A DNA stretch of 64,000 bases from an uncultured Verrucomicrobiae bacterium (GTDB taxonomy: Bacteria; Chlamydiota; Chlamydiia; Chlamydiales; Rhabdochlamydiaceae): contig OY970364.1 of NCBI GenBank assembly GCA_963718565.1, positions 1,536,001 through 1,600,000 on the forward strand, written 5' to 3'. Each line of letters begins with the position of its first letter. The first letter of the stretch is position 1. Below are positions 8,881-21,870 of this stretch, one piece after another. The notes under the pieces were generated by a model, which was not told the DNA's origin, did not search any database, and saw only the letters and a program-made list of their open reading frames with translations. The translations under genes were made by a program, and so were the position numbers.

Positions 8881-9912
8881 TTGTCCAATGAGCAGCGTTT
8901 ATATTTAGAACAGCTTGTAAAAAAAACAAGAGATGTCAACGAACGGAACCGTGTATGCGTCATTTTAGGTAGGGATGATTGCCACAGTCCAGGGGAAATA
9001 GCGGCGATTTTAAGAATTAGCGAGTCGTCCGTTTATGATTATCAAAGAGAATACGATGCCAAGCAAAAAACTATCAATGATCCACATTTGGGAAAGGCCT
9101 CCAAGTTAACCCTAGACCAAGAAGATGCGCTGAGGAGACATTTGAGTCAAATAACGTATCTCAAAATGAGCAAAATTTGTCTCTACGTTCTAGACGCATA
9201 TCAAGTGAAATACACTGTGGCTGGTATGACAAATTGGTTGAAGAGGCATGGATTTGTTTATAAACATCCAATCAAAGTACCAGGAAAGCTCGATCCCGAA
9301 AAACAAGCTGCGTTCCTTAAAAAATACAATGAATTGAAAGCCGGTCTCCAAGAAGGCGAGAAAATTTTCTTTGGAGATGCTGTACACCCTGAGTATCAGA
9401 GCCAGTCTGTGGCTGGGTGGATCCTAAAAAACGAAATAAAGACATTAGGAACAACCGCTAAGCAAGAGCGATTGCATTTTATTGGTGCCATTGAATTGAC
9501 TGCAATGCAAGTCGTGACGAAGGAATATAGCACTGTGGATGCTGCAAGTGCGGTCGATTTTCTCCAAACGTTAGCGGCTAATACAGATGCAAAAAAAATC
9601 CACTTAATCTTAGACAACGGCAGATCAAACAAGAATAAGGAAGTGCAAAAATATTTGGATAGCCAAACCAAAATTCAAATACACTACTTACCTCCGTATT
9701 CCCCAAATTTGAATGCTATTGAGCGTTTATGGAAAGTTATGAGAGAGTGTGTTACTTATAATACACTGTATTCAAAATTCAATGAATTTACTGAGAAAAT
9801 TAGAGATTTTTTCAACACTGGCGTTATTAATTTAAAAGACATGCTGAAAAAGCGAATTAACGACAATTTCCAAACAATTGAACTCAATCCTCTCCAGACT
9901 TCAATTTTCTAG
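8881..9912 (+). pseudogene. IS630 transposase lacking its first codons
   Basis: Matches 1722-2777 from residue ~9. Confidence 0.85.
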
Positions 9913-9918
9913 AGTATA

Positions 9919-10750
9919 TACGTATGTTGTCTCAGCAAGACAAGATCCTCCCGTTGTTGAATTTGAAGGACAATTAGTCTCAGTAGGTGATCAGCATGAC
10001 CTAGTAAAAGCTGCCTTGATCAGTCAGGATGGTAATGAGGAAAATTGGCTCTATTGCGAATCTGAAGCAAAAGCAGCGGTCGCCTCAGGGATGAAGAAAA
10101 AATTTAGAAAACGATTTGAAGATGATCTACAAAAACTTGCGAATGGTCTTTCCAAACCTAAAGGGCGCAAGAAGCATAACAAAGTGCTTGAACGGGTAGG
10201 TCGGCTCAAGGAAAAGCATAAGAGAATTTCAGGATGCTATGAAGTCAATGCAATTCCTTCAGAAGATGGGCTCACCACAATTGCTGTGGAATGGAAAGTG
10301 ATCGAAGAAAAAATGCAAGAAAAGCTCACTGGCTCCTATTTTCTAAGAACAAATCGAACCGATTTGGAAGCAAAAGAGTTATGGCAATTGTATAATGTTC
10401 TCAGAAGCGTTGAGGATGCGTTTCGATTTATGAAATCCTCATTAGGATTGCGTCCAGTCTATCACCAGAAGGAACATCGAGTGGACGGGCATTTATGGAT
10501 CACCATACTTGCCTACCATCTAATCCAACACTGCAGGCACCAATTAATTCGAAAAGGGATAAACTATTTGTGGCAGACAATACGTAATATCATGATTACT
10601 CGAGTCCGAGTAACTGTGCGGGCCAAGACAACAGAAGGCAGGGTGCTCTATCACCGCAGCACTACAAAGGCAGAAGGCGAGCAAATAGAGATTTACAGGG
10701 CGCTGGGATTATCGTCTTCAATTCTCAGAGGTCATAAAACACTCGTTTAA
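9919..10750 (+). pseudogene. IS1634 transposase C-terminal part
   Basis: Matches the C-terminus of 34056-35882. Confidence 0.9.
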
Positions 10751-10813
10751 TTCAAGATGTAGTGACGAATTTGCATAGCTCCTCTGGGAAAGCCGCGAAC
10801 TTGGGTTAAGAGA

Positions 10814-10896
10814 TGCTCGGAACAGGAGTCGAACCTGCACGGCATTGCTGCCAAGGGATTTTAAGTCCCTAGTGTCTACCATTCCACCATCCGAGC
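10814..10896 (-). tRNA. tRNA-Leu(UAA)
   Basis: GCTCGGA acceptor stem, CTTAAAA anticodon loop, long variable arm, GGTTCGACTCC. Confidence 0.95.
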
Positions 10897-10990
10897 ATGA
10901 GAAGTGGCAAAGAGATAAAGGGAGGAGTTTACAAGGAGTTTAGGTTAACTTCAAGAATGAACTCGGGGACCGTTTAAGCCCCCAAGCAGA

Positions 10991-11851
10991 TTAAAAAAAG
11001 AAAGAATCCTTATCCAAGTTCAGAGGAGAAAAATGAAGCGAAGTAAAGGAAGCATTGTCTGTTACTTCAGCAGTTGACGTCGTTGCAATGCGATGCAACG
11101 GCGTAGAATCTGAACCAGAAGATTCCTCTTCGGGGGGCTTTTTTCTGGGCTTTTTCATTTCATTTTCATTGCCTTCTTTCTCTGGAGAAGGTCCTTCAGT
11201 AAATTCTTTATCTTTGTAACGACTGAGGGTTTCTGAAATAAGGGTTGTTGGAGGGGGGATGAGAGAGGAAAACATCGAAGATGAAACTTTCGTTTCATCT
11301 TCCGCTCCACCTCCCTGGACTTTTGTCTCTCCTTCGGCTTGTGGCTGTGGAGCTTGCTGAGCTTCGCCACCTCTGCGCTCAGACCATTCTTCCTCAGAGC
11401 GTCGATGGCGTCGTCGTCGACGGTCGCGTCTTTTGTCCATACGCGCACCAATGGCCACTTCTAAAGTGGATTCTTCAGCTTGAGTGGTTGGCTGTTCTTC
11501 TGCAACAATCGGAGATTCGCCTTCTCTTCTTGGAGATGGCTCACGTTGTGTGTGCCTTAGAGATGCCTCGCGGCCACCACCGATTTTAATGTTGCGGTCA
11601 TGACTGACCGTTTTTAAAGCCACTCGAGTTTCTTTCACTTCTAAAACTTCATAATCTGATGCGGGCACTAAAAAGGGTTTCGGACGTTCCAGGGAACGAA
11701 AAAAGAAGGCGCGACCAAAGGACACGACTTCTACCGCATCGACATAATATTCTTCTCCAGGTCCACCGCTCTTGCTGCTACGGATGAGAAGTTTGCACCC
11801 CTCTTTAGGGGAAATGATCGTCTCTATGATAGGTTCTCGAGTAAAATTCAC
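10991..11851 (-). CDS. grgA: Chlamydial transcription factor GrgA (CT504 family)
   Basis: N-terminal FTREPIIETII..KEGCKL and KPFLVPASDYEV; basic middle region; downstream of gapA. Confidence 0.8.
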   Translation of the reverse strand: MNFTREPIIETIISPKEGCKLLIRSSKSGGPGEEYYVDAVEVVSFGRAFFFRSLERPKPFLVPASDYEVLEVKETRVALKTVSHDRNIKIGGGREASLRHTQREPSPRREGESPIVAEEQPTTQAEESTLEVAIGARMDKRRDRRRRRHRRSEEEWSERRGGEAQQAPQPQAEGETKVQGGGAEDETKVSSSMFSSLIPPPTTLISETLSRYKDKEFTEGPSPEKEGNENEMKKPRKKPPEEESSGSDSTPLHRIATTSTAEVTDNASFTSLHFSPLNLDKDSFFF

Positions 11852-11958
11852 AAATCTATTCCATGTTATTGGTTACGGATGGCGCAACTCATCAAGAGAG
11901 ATTTCCATTCAGATGAGGATCAAAAACTCTTATCAAGGGCGCCAGAAGGTTAAAAAAT

Positions 11959-12993
<1,035 letters not shown>

Positions 12994-13009
12994 CTAAAAA
13001 ATTTGACTG

Positions 13010-13297
13010 TACCGAAATGAATTCAAGATTTGGGAATTTGGCAAGGCTGCGGATACTTTGAAAATGTCCAGTGGATATTTTCAAAGAAGAGCAGGTGAGC
13101 AAAGCGAACCGGCCCGAAGGGCACCCTGAATTTGAGCCAGCATATGCGGCGCTGCTGCGGACACTTACAAAAGAGCACGATTGCTCTTTTGTAAGGAAAG
13201 CAGGCACAACTTGAATAAGTTGTGCGGGTGCCAGGCGGGCTCAAATACAGCGGCTGCCCGACGTAGCCAAAAACCAAATCTTGAGTTCATTTCGGTA
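13010..13297. repeat. Structured ~290-bp MITE-like element
   Basis: TIR TACCGAAATGAATTCAAGATTTGG / CCAAATCTTGAGTTCATTTCGGTA; several internal hairpins. Confidence 0.8.
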
Positions 13298-13430
13298 GGA
13301 TGATAAACCAGTTTTTTTTGAATGTAAAGAGAGATTTCAGTGAGGATTTTACGAGATAAATCAGAGTTAAAAAGGCTTCAGACATTGAAGTCTGAAGTCT
13401 TGTATGGGATACGACAGTGCGAGGAGAAAA

Positions 13431-13859
13431 TTACTGTGGAAGATATTCAATATAGCAGCTGGGAGCGCTATCGCCGATACGAAAATCTTTTTTGATGATG
13501 CGTGTATATCCCCCATTGCGCGCTGCAAAACGGGAAGCAAGTTCACCAAAGAGTTTGCCAATGATTTTACGATCGCCGTTATAACTAGCGGTTTTCCCGG
13601 CTTTAGCGGAACGCGCTTCTTTAGATGTCAGTGGATTATAAGTAATCATGAGTTCGGCAACTGCTTTGCGGCGGCTAGCAAGTGTGCTGTTTTTAGCCAA
13701 AGTGATCATATGGTCTGCATGCCGTCGTAGCTCTTTGGCCTTGCGTTCCGTAGTTTCGATGCGCTCATGCTCGATCAAAGACTTAAGCATATTGGCGATC
13801 ATGCAACGGCGATGGCTGGCAGTCCTGCCGATTTTAAATGTATCTTTTCCGTGTCTCAT
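13431..13859 (-). CDS. rplQ: 50S protein L17
   Basis: [20 protein letters not shown]. Confidence 0.97.
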   Translation of the reverse strand: MRHGKDTFKIGRTASHRRCMIANMLKSLIEHERIETTERKAKELRRHADHMITLAKNSTLASRRKAVAELMITYNPLTSKEARSAKAGKTASYNGDRKIIGKLFGELASRFAARNGGYTRIIKKDFRIGDSAPSCYIEYLPQ

Positions 13860-14950
13860 ACTTGAGTTCCTGCTTTTTCAATGGTGTATTCTTGGATGAT
13901 TTGTTTCACATTATCGCGGTTAATTCCAAATTTAGATAAATCCATTCCAAGAGAAAGCTCCATTCCTTCAAGCTTAAACTTAATTTCATTAAGAGATTTC
14001 TTGCCGAAGTTTCTGAATTTGAGCATTTCCGATTCTGGCATAACGACAAGCTCAGCAATCGTCTCAATATTTGCGCCAGCAAGGCAGTTTGTAGAGCGCA
14101 CTGAGAGTTCAATTTCGTTGATCTTGAGCGCAAGCTTTGCCATCAGCGCATCGCGGTCTGTGTTCAACTCAATCTCACCTTGGTCAAATGTTAAGTTATG
14201 CTTCAGCTGATCGAAGACTTGGAAATGGAGAATGCCAATCTGCGTAGCAAACGATAACGCCTCTTCTGGCGTAATGCGCCCATCTGTCGTCACTTCTAAA
14301 ATCAAACGGTCGAAATCGGTGTCTTGTCCGACACGTGTATTTTCAACGTAGTAATTGACAAGGCGAACAGGAGAGAAAGCAGAATCGATAATAATTTCAT
14401 CAACGCCCTTTTCTCCAAAAAGGTGCCGCTCAGATGGCACATAGCCTCTGCCAACAGCGATTTTAATGTCGATTTTACGGGTCATAGGTCTAGTGACTGT
14501 AAAAATCGCGAGATCAGGATTAACGATGTCAAAATCAGACAATCCGATGAGATCTTTTAATGTCACCACATACTGGCCACCATTCTTGTCGAGCATATCG
14601 CCAGTAATGTCCAAAATCTTGGAGACCACTTTCGACTCGCGTGAACTGATTTCCTCGTCGGTCGACAGTTTTCTGAGGAGTGCGTTCTTGAGGTTGAGGA
14701 CGATATGCGTCATATCCTCAATGAGGCCCTCGATCGCCATATATTCATGAGGAACTCCCTCAATGCGCACAGACATAATAGAAGGCGCTTCCAGGGAACT
14801 GAGGATGATTCTTCTAAGAGCATTACCGACAGTATGCCCGAATCCTCTTTCAAAAGGCTCTGCGATAAATCGAGCAAAAGTTCCCGACTTGCTCGCCTCA
14901 TCGACTTTGATCTTTGTCGGCAATTCAAACTTGCCATACTTAACGGCCAT
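13856..14950 (-). CDS. rpoA: RNA polymerase alpha subunit
   Basis: [33 protein letters not shown]. Confidence 0.98.
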   Translation of the reverse strand: MAVKYGKFELPTKIKVDEASKSGTFARFIAEPFERGFGHTVGNALRRIILSSLEAPSIMSVRIEGVPHEYMAIEGLIEDMTHIVLNLKNALLRKLSTDEEISSRESKVVSKILDITGDMLDKNGGQYVVTLKDLIGLSDFDIVNPDLAIFTVTRPMTRKIDIKIAVGRGYVPSERHLFGEKGVDEIIIDSAFSPVRLVNYYVENTRVGQDTDFDRLILEVTTDGRITPEEALSFATQIGILHFQVFDQLKHNLTFDQGEIELNTDRDALMAKLALKINEIELSVRSTNCLAGANIETIAELVVMPESEMLKFRNFGKKSLNEIKFKLEGMELSLGMDLSKFGINRDNVKQIIQEYTIEKAGTQV

Positions 14951-14999
14951 GAACGATCTCCTGCAAAATTGCTGGTTCCGAAATTATTTAACGCGTTTT

Positions 15000-15422
15000 T
15001 TAGACTCTTCTACGCTTGCGCGGACGGCATCCATTATGTGGAACGCGTGTCTTGTCACGAATGACCGTGATTGCAAGGCCTGAACTTTGCAAGCCACGCA
15101 CAGCGGACTCTCTTCCTGCTCCTGGCCCAGAAAGATTGACTTCGATCTCTTTCATCCCAAGTGACATCGCAGCTTTTGCAGCATCTTGAGCTGCGACAGT
15201 TGCCGCAAATGCTGAAGATTTGCGCGATCCGACATAGCCGACTTTTCCAGCTGATGCCCAAGATATCACATTCCCAGTTAGGTCCGTAATGGAGACGATC
15301 GTATTGTTAAATGTCGCTTTAACGTGCGCAATGCCACTTGGAACACTGCGTATTTGTTTCTTTCGTGTTTTAGCAATGGTGGGTTTCTTCGCCATTGTCT
15401 TTTGTGCTTCTTGTTTAGCCAA
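15000..15422 (-). CDS. rpsK: 30S protein S11
   Basis: [24 protein letters not shown]. Confidence 0.97.
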   Translation of the reverse strand: MAKQEAQKTMAKKPTIAKTRKKQIRSVPSGIAHVKATFNNTIVSITDLTGNVISWASAGKVGYVGSRKSSAFAATVAAQDAAKAAMSLGMKEIEVNLSGPGAGRESAVRGLQSSGLAITVIRDKTRVPHNGCRPRKRRRV

Positions 15423-15435
15423 GGGTTACGCTCCT

Positions 15436-15804
15436 TTATTTCTTCTTATTAGCAACGGTTTTTCTCTTGCCTTTACGTGTACGTGAATTGGTACGCGTCC
15501 GCTGGCCTCTGACAGGAAGTCCTAATCTGTGTCTCATTCCACGATAGCAGTGAATGCTAATCAATCGCTTAATGTTGTTTTGAATCTGACGTCGCAGATC
15601 CCCTTCTACAACATATTGCGAAGCCAGCAAGCCATTAATCTTCGCAATTTCATCTTCATTTAGATTATGCGCTTTCATGTTTGGATCCAATCCTAGTTTT
15701 GCGCAAATTTCGTTCGACAGACGCCGACCGATTCCATAAATGTACATGAGGCTGATTTCTAATCGTTTATTGTCCGGGATATCGATCCCAATCACTCTTG
15801 GCAT
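15436..15804 (-). CDS. rpsM: 30S protein S13
   Basis: [20 protein letters not shown]. Confidence 0.98.
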   Translation of the reverse strand: MPRVIGIDIPDNKRLEISLMYIYGIGRRLSNEICAKLGLDPNMKAHNLNEDEIAKINGLLASQYVVEGDLRRQIQNNIKRLISIHCYRGMRHRLGLPVRGQRTRTNSRTRKGKRKTVANKKK

Positions 15805-15915
15805 GAACAGATTCCTTTATTCGACAAACAATCTGAACAATGTATCAGATGTTTTATTTATTTACAACTACAGTTTAACTAAAGCAAATTCTTGAAAAAA
15901 ATTTCTTAAAATAAT

Positions 15916-17286
15916 TTATCTCCCTCTTAACCTACCCTTTTTCATAAAACCCTCATAGCGCTTCATCAAGAGGTGTGATTCGATTTGCTTGGATGTATCG
16001 AGAACAACGCCAACCAGGATCAATAACGATGTCCCACCAAAAAAGTAGGTTATAGAAGAATCCACACTTAAAATCTTGCCGACAACCGTAGGCAAAATCG
16101 CGATCGAAGCAAGAAAGAGCGCACCAGCAAATGTGATACGATTCATCGTTGCCTCGAGAAAATCTTGAGTAGGCTTACCTTGACGAATCCCAGGAATAAA
16201 GGCTCCATTTTTCTTCATGTCAGATGCAATCTGTTCCGGATGGAATTGTGTTGCAGTCCAAAAGTAGGTGAAAAAAATAATCAGCAAGACATAAATAGTC
16301 ATGTAAACCCAGCTTCCAGGAGATATCATGTTCGCAACTTGGCCTACCCATGATCCACGCCCGACAAATTGACCGATCGTTGCAGGAAACATTAAAAGGG
16401 AAGTCGCAAAGATTACGGGGATGACTCCAGCATAATTGATTTTGAGCGGAATATAGGCGTTTCCGCCTTGAACTTCCTGCCTTCCCACAATTCTTCGCGC
16501 ATATTGAAGGGGAATTTTTCTCTGGCCTTGGATGATCAGTATCGTCCCGACGATGATTAAAACGAACACGCCGCTTAAGATGACAAGGGAAGAAAAAGTG
16601 AGCTGGCCCGGCTCTTGTGAATCGAGGTTAAGTTGTCTTATCACAGAACCCATTGTGCTGGGAAGCGATGACAGGATCCCAATGGTGATGATTAAACTGA
16701 TCCCATTGCCAACGCCTTTTTCCGTAATTTGCTCGCCAATCCACATTAATAGCACAGTCCCTGCTGCCATTGTCGCGATTACGATCAGGTAAAACAGCCA
16801 AGGACATCCAAAGAACTGTACATCGAGAATCTCATTCACGATGATCCCTGGGCTACCGGCATTGAGGCCAATCGCATATTTTCCGTAAAGACCTGACTGA
16901 AAGATCGCCAAGAGAACAGTGAGCATTCGTATCCACTTCCCCATTTTTCGGCGGCCGACGTCAGGGTTCTCACGAATCTCTCGGTGCAGTGAAGGCACAA
17001 GCGCCATAAGCAACTGCATAATGATTGAAGCGGAGATATAAGGCATCACGCCTAATGCAATGACTGTCATCTGGGCGAAAGCTCCGCCTGAAAATACATC
17101 CATGAGCTGGAACAGATTTTGCCCTCCTCCAGTTGCATTGCGGAACAGCTCTACTGCTGCATCTCCATTGATTCCTGGAACGGGAATATACGCTCCCACT
17201 CGGCAGGCAATGAGCATCAGCAATGTAAAGATGATCTTCGCTTTTAGATCTGGTACGCTTAAAATGCGTTTTATCCCTTCAATCAT
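15916..17286 (-). CDS. secY: Preprotein translocase SecY
   Basis: [31 protein letters not shown]. Confidence 0.98.
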   Translation of the reverse strand: MIEGIKRILSVPDLKAKIIFTLLMLIACRVGAYIPVPGINGDAAVELFRNATGGGQNLFQLMDVFSGGAFAQMTVIALGVMPYISASIIMQLLMALVPSLHREIRENPDVGRRKMGKWIRMLTVLLAIFQSGLYGKYAIGLNAGSPGIIVNEILDVQFFGCPWLFYLIVIATMAAGTVLLMWIGEQITEKGVGNGISLIITIGILSSLPSTMGSVIRQLNLDSQEPGQLTFSSLVILSGVFVLIIVGTILIIQGQRKIPLQYARRIVGRQEVQGGNAYIPLKINYAGVIPVIFATSLLMFPATIGQFVGRGSWVGQVANMISPGSWVYMTIYVLLIIFFTYFWTATQFHPEQIASDMKKNGAFIPGIRQGKPTQDFLEATMNRITFAGALFLASIAILPTVVGKILSVDSSITYFFGGTSLLILVGVVLDTSKQIESHLLMKRYEGFMKKGRLRGR

Positions 17287-17321
17287 TGTCGATCTTGGAT
17301 AAGATTTTTTTGATGCGCTAA

Positions 17322-17786
17322 TTATTTCCCAACAGGGAGTTGTTGGAAAGAAATTCCGTTCTTTTTCAGTTTTTCTTCTGCTGCTCCAGAAAAATAATTA
17401 GCCTGGATAGCGACTTTCTTTTTAAGCTCTCCTTCAGACAAGATTTTCAGACCCCCGGGAATGCGGCGAGGTGCAAATCCCTTCTCTTGTAGAGTTTTTA
17501 AAGAAACCGTTTCGCCATCCGCATAGAGTTTTTCTATCATTCCCAAATTAATTGCGAATACAATATTTTTGAACTTCGCATTCGTGAAACCTCGCGTCGG
17601 AGATTTTTTATACAGAGGGATTTGACCACCTTCATGGCCAGGACGGGTTTTGTAACCACAGCGGGCCATATCTCCTTTACTGCCACGACCACATGTCTTT
17701 CCACACTTAGAGCCCATTCCACGTCCGACACGAACTCTCTTCTTCTTGGGGCGGTGACTATTGGTTAATTGCGATAATGTCATCAT
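17322..17786 (-). CDS. rplO: 50S protein L15
   Basis: [22 protein letters not shown]. Confidence 0.96.
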   Translation of the reverse strand: MMTLSQLTNSHRPKKKRVRVGRGMGSKCGKTCGRGSKGDMARCGYKTRPGHEGGQIPLYKKSPTRGFTNAKFKNIVFAINLGMIEKLYADGETVSLKTLQEKGFAPRRIPGGLKILSEGELKKKVAIQANYFSGAAEEKLKKNGISFQQLPVGK

Positions 17787-18286
17787 GATTTAAGCCCTCG
17801 CATTTCTCGATTTTTTTGGCGGTTGCTAAGTTGCAAAAGCGCTTCAATAGTTGCGCGCACTTGATTCAACGGGTTGCTAGATCCGAGGTTTTTCGCGACA
17901 ACATCTTTAACACCACCGAGCTCTAGCACAGAACGGACTTTAGATCCCGCAATCACACCTGTTCCTGAAGGAGCAGGCTTAAGAAGAACCTTTGCTCCAT
18001 CCCATTCCATGGTGATTTCGTGAGGAATCGTTGTTCCTTCCATCTCAAACGACATCACATTTTTTCGAGCTGCTTCTGTTCCTTTGCGAATCGCATCAGA
18101 CACCTCATTTGCTTTCGCAAATCCAAAACCGATATGCCCTTGTCCATCGCCAATGATGACCAATGCGGAAAAGCTGAACTTCCTTCCGCCTTTGACAACC
18201 TTTGAGCAACGATTGATGTATAACACTTTCTCTTCGAATTCCGTTCCGAAATCTTCAGCGCGCCGTCTTGCTTCTTGTTTCGACAT
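17783..18286 (-). CDS. rpsE: 30S protein S5
   Basis: KVVKGGRKFSFSAL. Confidence 0.97.
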   Translation of the reverse strand: MSKQEARRRAEDFGTEFEEKVLYINRCSKVVKGGRKFSFSALVIIGDGQGHIGFGFAKANEVSDAIRKGTEAARKNVMSFEMEGTTIPHEITMEWDGAKVLLKPAPSGTGVIAGSKVRSVLELGGVKDVVAKNLGSSNPLNQVRATIEALLQLSNRQKNREMRGLKS

Positions 18287-18301
18287 CTCTTAATCCCTTA
18301 A

Positions 18302-18673
18302 CTAAAATTGTAAACCTGTCTCGCGGGCCGCATTCGCAACTTCCGCAAGCAAACCATGGTATTTGTTAAACCCACGATCGAAAACGACATTCAGAATGTT
18401 CTTTTGCTTGGCTGCCTCAGCAATCATCGCCCCGACTTGACGCGCTGCATCTTTACTTCGTTTGCCAAGTTTTTTGTCACGAAGTTGTTTCATGATTGTT
18501 CCAGCGCTCGCAACCGTGATTCCCTTATCGTCGTCAATAAGTTGAGCGAAAATATGCTTATTGGATTTAAACACCGTTAATCTCGGTTTGTCAGCTGTCC
18601 CTCGAACTTGCCGTCTCACACGAAGCATTCTTCGACGGCGTCTTACACTGCGCTTATTTAATTCATTGATCAT
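18302..18673 (-). CDS. rplR: 50S protein L18
   Basis: PRLTVFKSNKHIFAQ; VVFDRG. Confidence 0.97.
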   Translation of the reverse strand: MINELNKRSVRRRRRMLRVRRQVRGTADKPRLTVFKSNKHIFAQLIDDDKGITVASAGTIMKQLRDKKLGKRSKDAARQVGAMIAEAAKQKNILNVVFDRGFNKYHGLLAEVANAARETGLQF

Positions 18674-18685
18674 AGCGTCTATACC

Positions 18686-19234
18686 TTATGCCGTTTTACC
18701 TTTAGCCGCTTTACCTGCTTTCTTGCGGACAAATTCATTTTCGTACCGGATGCCCTTGCCTTTGTAGGGTTCTGGAGGCCTCATTGCACGTACTGCGGCA
18801 GCAAATTGACCAACGAGATGCTTGTCAATGCCGCTGATGATAATTGTAATACTCTTGTCGACGGTCACATTCACACCTTTTGGAATGTTAATCTGGGTGG
18901 GATGAGAAAAGCCCAGCTGGAGATCGAGCTTTTGGCCTTGCACTGTAGCGCGATAACCAACGCCGACAAGACCTAACTTCATCTCAAAACCTTTGCTCAC
19001 ACCGGTGACCATATTGTTAATCAAGGCGCGGTAGAGCCCATGCGTCGTTTTCGGCATCGCAATTTTTTCATCTTTAATGACGAGAAGACGATTGTCCTCC
19101 ACTTTAACTGAAATTCCTTGATGTGCCGGAATCGAAAGGGTTCCTTTTGGACCTTTTGCGAGAACCATTCCTTCAGAGACTTTGACTTCAACCTTATCCG
19201 GAAGTGGAATCGGCGATTTTCCAAGACGTGACAT
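18686..19234 (-). CDS. rplF: 50S protein L6
   Basis: PPEPYKGKGIRY. Confidence 0.97.
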   Translation of the reverse strand: MSRLGKSPIPLPDKVEVKVSEGMVLAKGPKGTLSIPAHQGISVKVEDNRLLVIKDEKIAMPKTTHGLYRALINNMVTGVSKGFEMKLGLVGVGYRATVQGQKLDLQLGFSHPTQINIPKGVNVTVDKSITIIISGIDKHLVGQFAAAVRAMRPPEPYKGKGIRYENEFVRKKAGKAAKGKTA

Positions 19235-19256
19235 GCTTTATTACCCCTTTATTTTA

Positions 19257-19646
19257 TTACCAAACTAAGCAAAGCAATTCGCCACCCAGTTTTTTCTGAC
19301 GGGCTGTTTCTCCGTCAATAATTCCACCAGGCGTAGAGAGAATTGCGACCCCCATGCCTCCATAAATCCTTGGAATCTGACGATATCCCACATAGCGTCG
19401 CAATGATGGTGAAGAAACACGATTGAGCCCTTTTAAGACAGGCTCGCGTCCACCTGCATATTTCAAAAAAAGGCGCGCTTGTCCCTGTTCTTCATTCACC
19501 AAAAATTTATCCACAAATCCTTGCTCGTGCAAAACTCTGACGATTTCCATTTTGATTTTGCTTGGGCGAAAATCGACAAATCGATGTCGCGCTTGTCTTG
19601 CATTTCGGATTCGCGTCAGTAAGTCTGCAATTGGATCATTTAACAT
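19257..19646 (-). CDS. rpsH: 30S protein S8
   Basis: [22 protein letters not shown]. Confidence 0.97.
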   Translation of the reverse strand: MLNDPIADLLTRIRNARQARHRFVDFRPSKIKMEIVRVLHEQGFVDKFLVNEEQGQARLFLKYAGGREPVLKGLNRVSSPSLRRYVGYRQIPRIYGGMGVAILSTPGGIIDGETARQKKLGGELLCLVW

Positions 19647-20208
19647 GTCTTACCTCTCCCTCAGCATTATTCTCTGTTTTAAATGGGAAGCCAAGCTGCC
19701 TTAACAGTTCAACGCACTCCGCATCATTGGTTGCTGATGTGACGAATGTGATATTCATACCCTGCGTTCTTTTCACTTCGTCCAAGTTAATTTCAGGGAA
19801 TATTTGTTGTTCTTCAATACCTATCGAATAATTACCATTTCCATCGCATTTTACTGGAAAGCCGCGAAAATCGCGAATACGTGGGGAAATGATATTACAA
19901 AAACGATCTAAAAAATCGTACATCCGTCTTTTACGCAACGTCACTTTAAGCCCAATCGCTTGATCTTCTCTCAGTTTAAAATTGGCGATAGATCTGCGCG
20001 CTCGAGTCAAAATAGGCTTTTGACCTGATAGCAACGACATCTCCTTAACACAGTCTTGAAGCGCATTCTTGTCTTTTGATGCCTCTGCAAGTCCCATGCT
20101 AATCACAATCTTCCTAAGGGAAGGAATAAGCATCACGTTCCCATACTTAAACCGTTCCTGAAGGGCTTTTTTCACTTCTTCTTTATATCGTTTTTGTAAC
20201 CTAGACAT
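19636..20208 (-). CDS. rplE: 50S protein L5
   Basis: [17 protein letters not shown]. Confidence 0.97.
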   Translation of the reverse strand: MSRLQKRYKEEVKKALQERFKYGNVMLIPSLRKIVISMGLAEASKDKNALQDCVKEMSLLSGQKPILTRARRSIANFKLREDQAIGLKVTLRKRRMYDFLDRFCNIISPRIRDFRGFPVKCDGNGNYSIGIEEQQIFPEINLDEVKRTQGMNITFVTSATNDAECVELLRQLGFPFKTENNAEGEVRHVK

Positions 20209-20222
20209 TGCTTTGATCTACT

Positions 20223-20558
20223 TTATGAATGTTTTCTTAACTGTCGAAGTGTGACTTCTTTTTCACCCTCGAGATAGTACAACTCTTTTGCACCGTTTTT
20301 TTCATTGACCCGCACTTTGGCCCTCACAGGCTTCCCATCTGCATCGCATAGCGCAACATTTGAGACGTGCAAAGGCATTTCCATTTCTAAGATTCCAGCT
20401 CCGGGGGCTTTTTGTTGGCGCTTCGCATGCTTCTTTCGAATATTGACCCCCTGGATCACTACGCGATCTTCTTTGCGTACGATCACCTCTCCAGATTTGC
20501 CTTTCTCGTTTCCAGAGATCACAACAACTTTGTCGCCTTTTCTAATCCATTTGCTCAT
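20223..20558 (-). CDS. rplX: 50S protein L24
   Basis: IRKGDKVVVISG; HVSNV. Confidence 0.96.
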   Translation of the reverse strand: MSKWIRKGDKVVVISGNEKGKSGEVIVRKEDRVVIQGVNIRKKHAKRQQKAPGAGILEMEMPLHVSNVALCDADGKPVRAKVRVNEKNGAKELYYLEGEKEVTLRQLRKHS

Positions 20559-20568
20559 CTTAATCTCC

Positions 20569-20937
20569 CTATATCACTTCTGGGGCTAGCGAACTGATTT
20601 TCACAAAACCGTTCTCGCGCACTTCTCGAGCAACCGGCCCGAAAATACGAGTTCCACGAGGGTTGTCTTTGTCATCGATCAGCACACAGCTATTGTCGTA
20701 AAAGCGCAAGAGAGAACCATCGGAACGACGGACATAACTTCGAGTTCTTACGATCACAGCGCGGACAACATCTCCTTTCTTAACGCTGCCTTTTGGATCG
20801 GCCTCTTTGACGGAGCAAATGATGATATCTCCGACATGGGCATATCTACGCTTCGATCCTTTGAGGACTTTGAAGCAGCGCACTCGCTTAGCGCCTGTGT
20901 TATCTGCAACTTCTAAATCTGATTCTTGTTGGATCAT
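20569..20937 (-). CDS. rplN: 50S protein L14
   Basis: [19 protein letters not shown]. Confidence 0.98.
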   Translation of the reverse strand: MIQQESDLEVADNTGAKRVRCFKVLKGSKRRYAHVGDIIICSVKEADPKGSVKKGDVVRAVIVRTRSYVRRSDGSLLRFYDNSCVLIDDKDNPRGTRIFGPVAREVRENGFVKISSLAPEVI

Positions 20938-20971
20938 GATTTCATCTCATCTTTTTATAATCTCAATTAGC

Positions 20972-21220
20972 CTAAGCGAGAATTTCCAAAACGCGCCAGC
21001 GTTTCAGTTTGGACAACGGGCGGGTTTCAATAATGCGCACTTTCTGTCCCTCACGAATATCGGGATTTTCGCTATGAGCATAATATTTTTTTGCACGAGT
21101 GACGACTTTATCAAAATTAGGATGTCGGACTGTATGCTCGACTTTCACGGTCACTGTCTTCTGCATCTTTGTCGATACAACTACTCCATCTCGAATTTTT
21201 CTTCTCGCAGTTGTTTCCAT
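20972..21220 (-). CDS. rpsQ: 30S protein S17
   Basis: [22 protein letters not shown]. Confidence 0.97.
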   Translation of the reverse strand: METTARRKIRDGVVVSTKMQKTVTVKVEHTVRHPNFDKVVTRAKKYYAHSENPDIREGQKVRIIETRPLSKLKRWRVLEILA

Positions 21221-21230
21221 TGCTTTTTCC

Positions 21231-21438
21231 TCAACTTGTAGCTTTCATTTCTTTTTCACGCAAAATTGTCATCACACGCGCTCTGTCTTTCTTTTTGACG
21301 CGGACTAAATGAGACTGTTCGATTTTGCGCGTGACTTTCATTTCGTTTCGCATCTGAAACAATTCTTTCGACAAGTCTGCGATAAACTGCTTTCAGTTCT
21401 TCTATTGTTTGGTCTCTAAGCTCTTTTGCTTTTGCCAT
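21231..21438 (-). pseudogene. rpmC: 50S protein L29, frameshifted by one extra base near 21378
   Basis: Removing one base gives [68 protein letters not shown]. Confidence 0.85.
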
Positions 21439-21446
21439 AGTCATCC

Positions 21447-21866
21447 TTATACTCTTTCAACGCGTTCGACAAAACGAGTCTTGATTCCAAGTTTTGCTGC
21501 GGCTCTTCTCAATGCATTCTGTGCCATTTCTTTGGGTACTCCATCGACTTCAAACATAATTCTTCCTGGGCGCACCACTGCTACCCAATGGTCAGGAGCT
21601 CCTTTCCCTTTACCCATTCGGGTTTCTGCGGGTTTCTTAGAAACAGATTTATCGGGAAATATGCGGATCCAGACTTTACCACGGCGATTGAAATATCTAT
21701 TGATCGCCACGCGACATGCTTCGATTTGGTGGTTAGTGACGCGACCTCTTTCTAGGCATTGCATTCCAAATTCACCAAAATCCACAAAATTCGCCGCTTT
21801 GCTTAAACCTGCGTGCTGGCCTTTTTGCATTTTTCTATGCTTTGTACGTGCTGGCATCATGGCCAT
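21447..21866 (-). CDS. rplP: 50S protein L16
   Basis: [16 protein letters not shown]. Confidence 0.98.
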   Translation of the reverse strand: MAMMPARTKHRKMQKGQHAGLSKAANFVDFGEFGMQCLERGRVTNHQIEACRVAINRYFNRRGKVWIRIFPDKSVSKKPAETRMGKGKGAPDHWVAVVRPGRIMFEVDGVPKEMAQNALRRAAAKLGIKTRFVERVERV

Positions 21867-21870
21867 AGGA

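Larger units (their letters stand above)
7486..9916 (+). mobile_element. IS630 second copy, interrupted by ISAs1
   Basis: Same sequence as 1718-2837 inverted; TA duplication; 1120 bp after removing ISAs1 and its TSD. Confidence 0.95.
5696..10805 (+). mobile_element. Degenerate IS1634 copy: left end missing, ~0.95 kb internal deletion, hosts three nested ISs
   Basis: Segments 5696-5729, 7431-7485 and 9917-10805 match the intact copy at 33871-35937. Confidence 0.9.

Noticed and set aside
13045..13205. Hammerhead ribozyme (CTGCGGA-stem-GAAA)
   Set aside because: The core requires CUGAnGA; here CTGC pairs with GCAG and no stem I/III arrangement is evident
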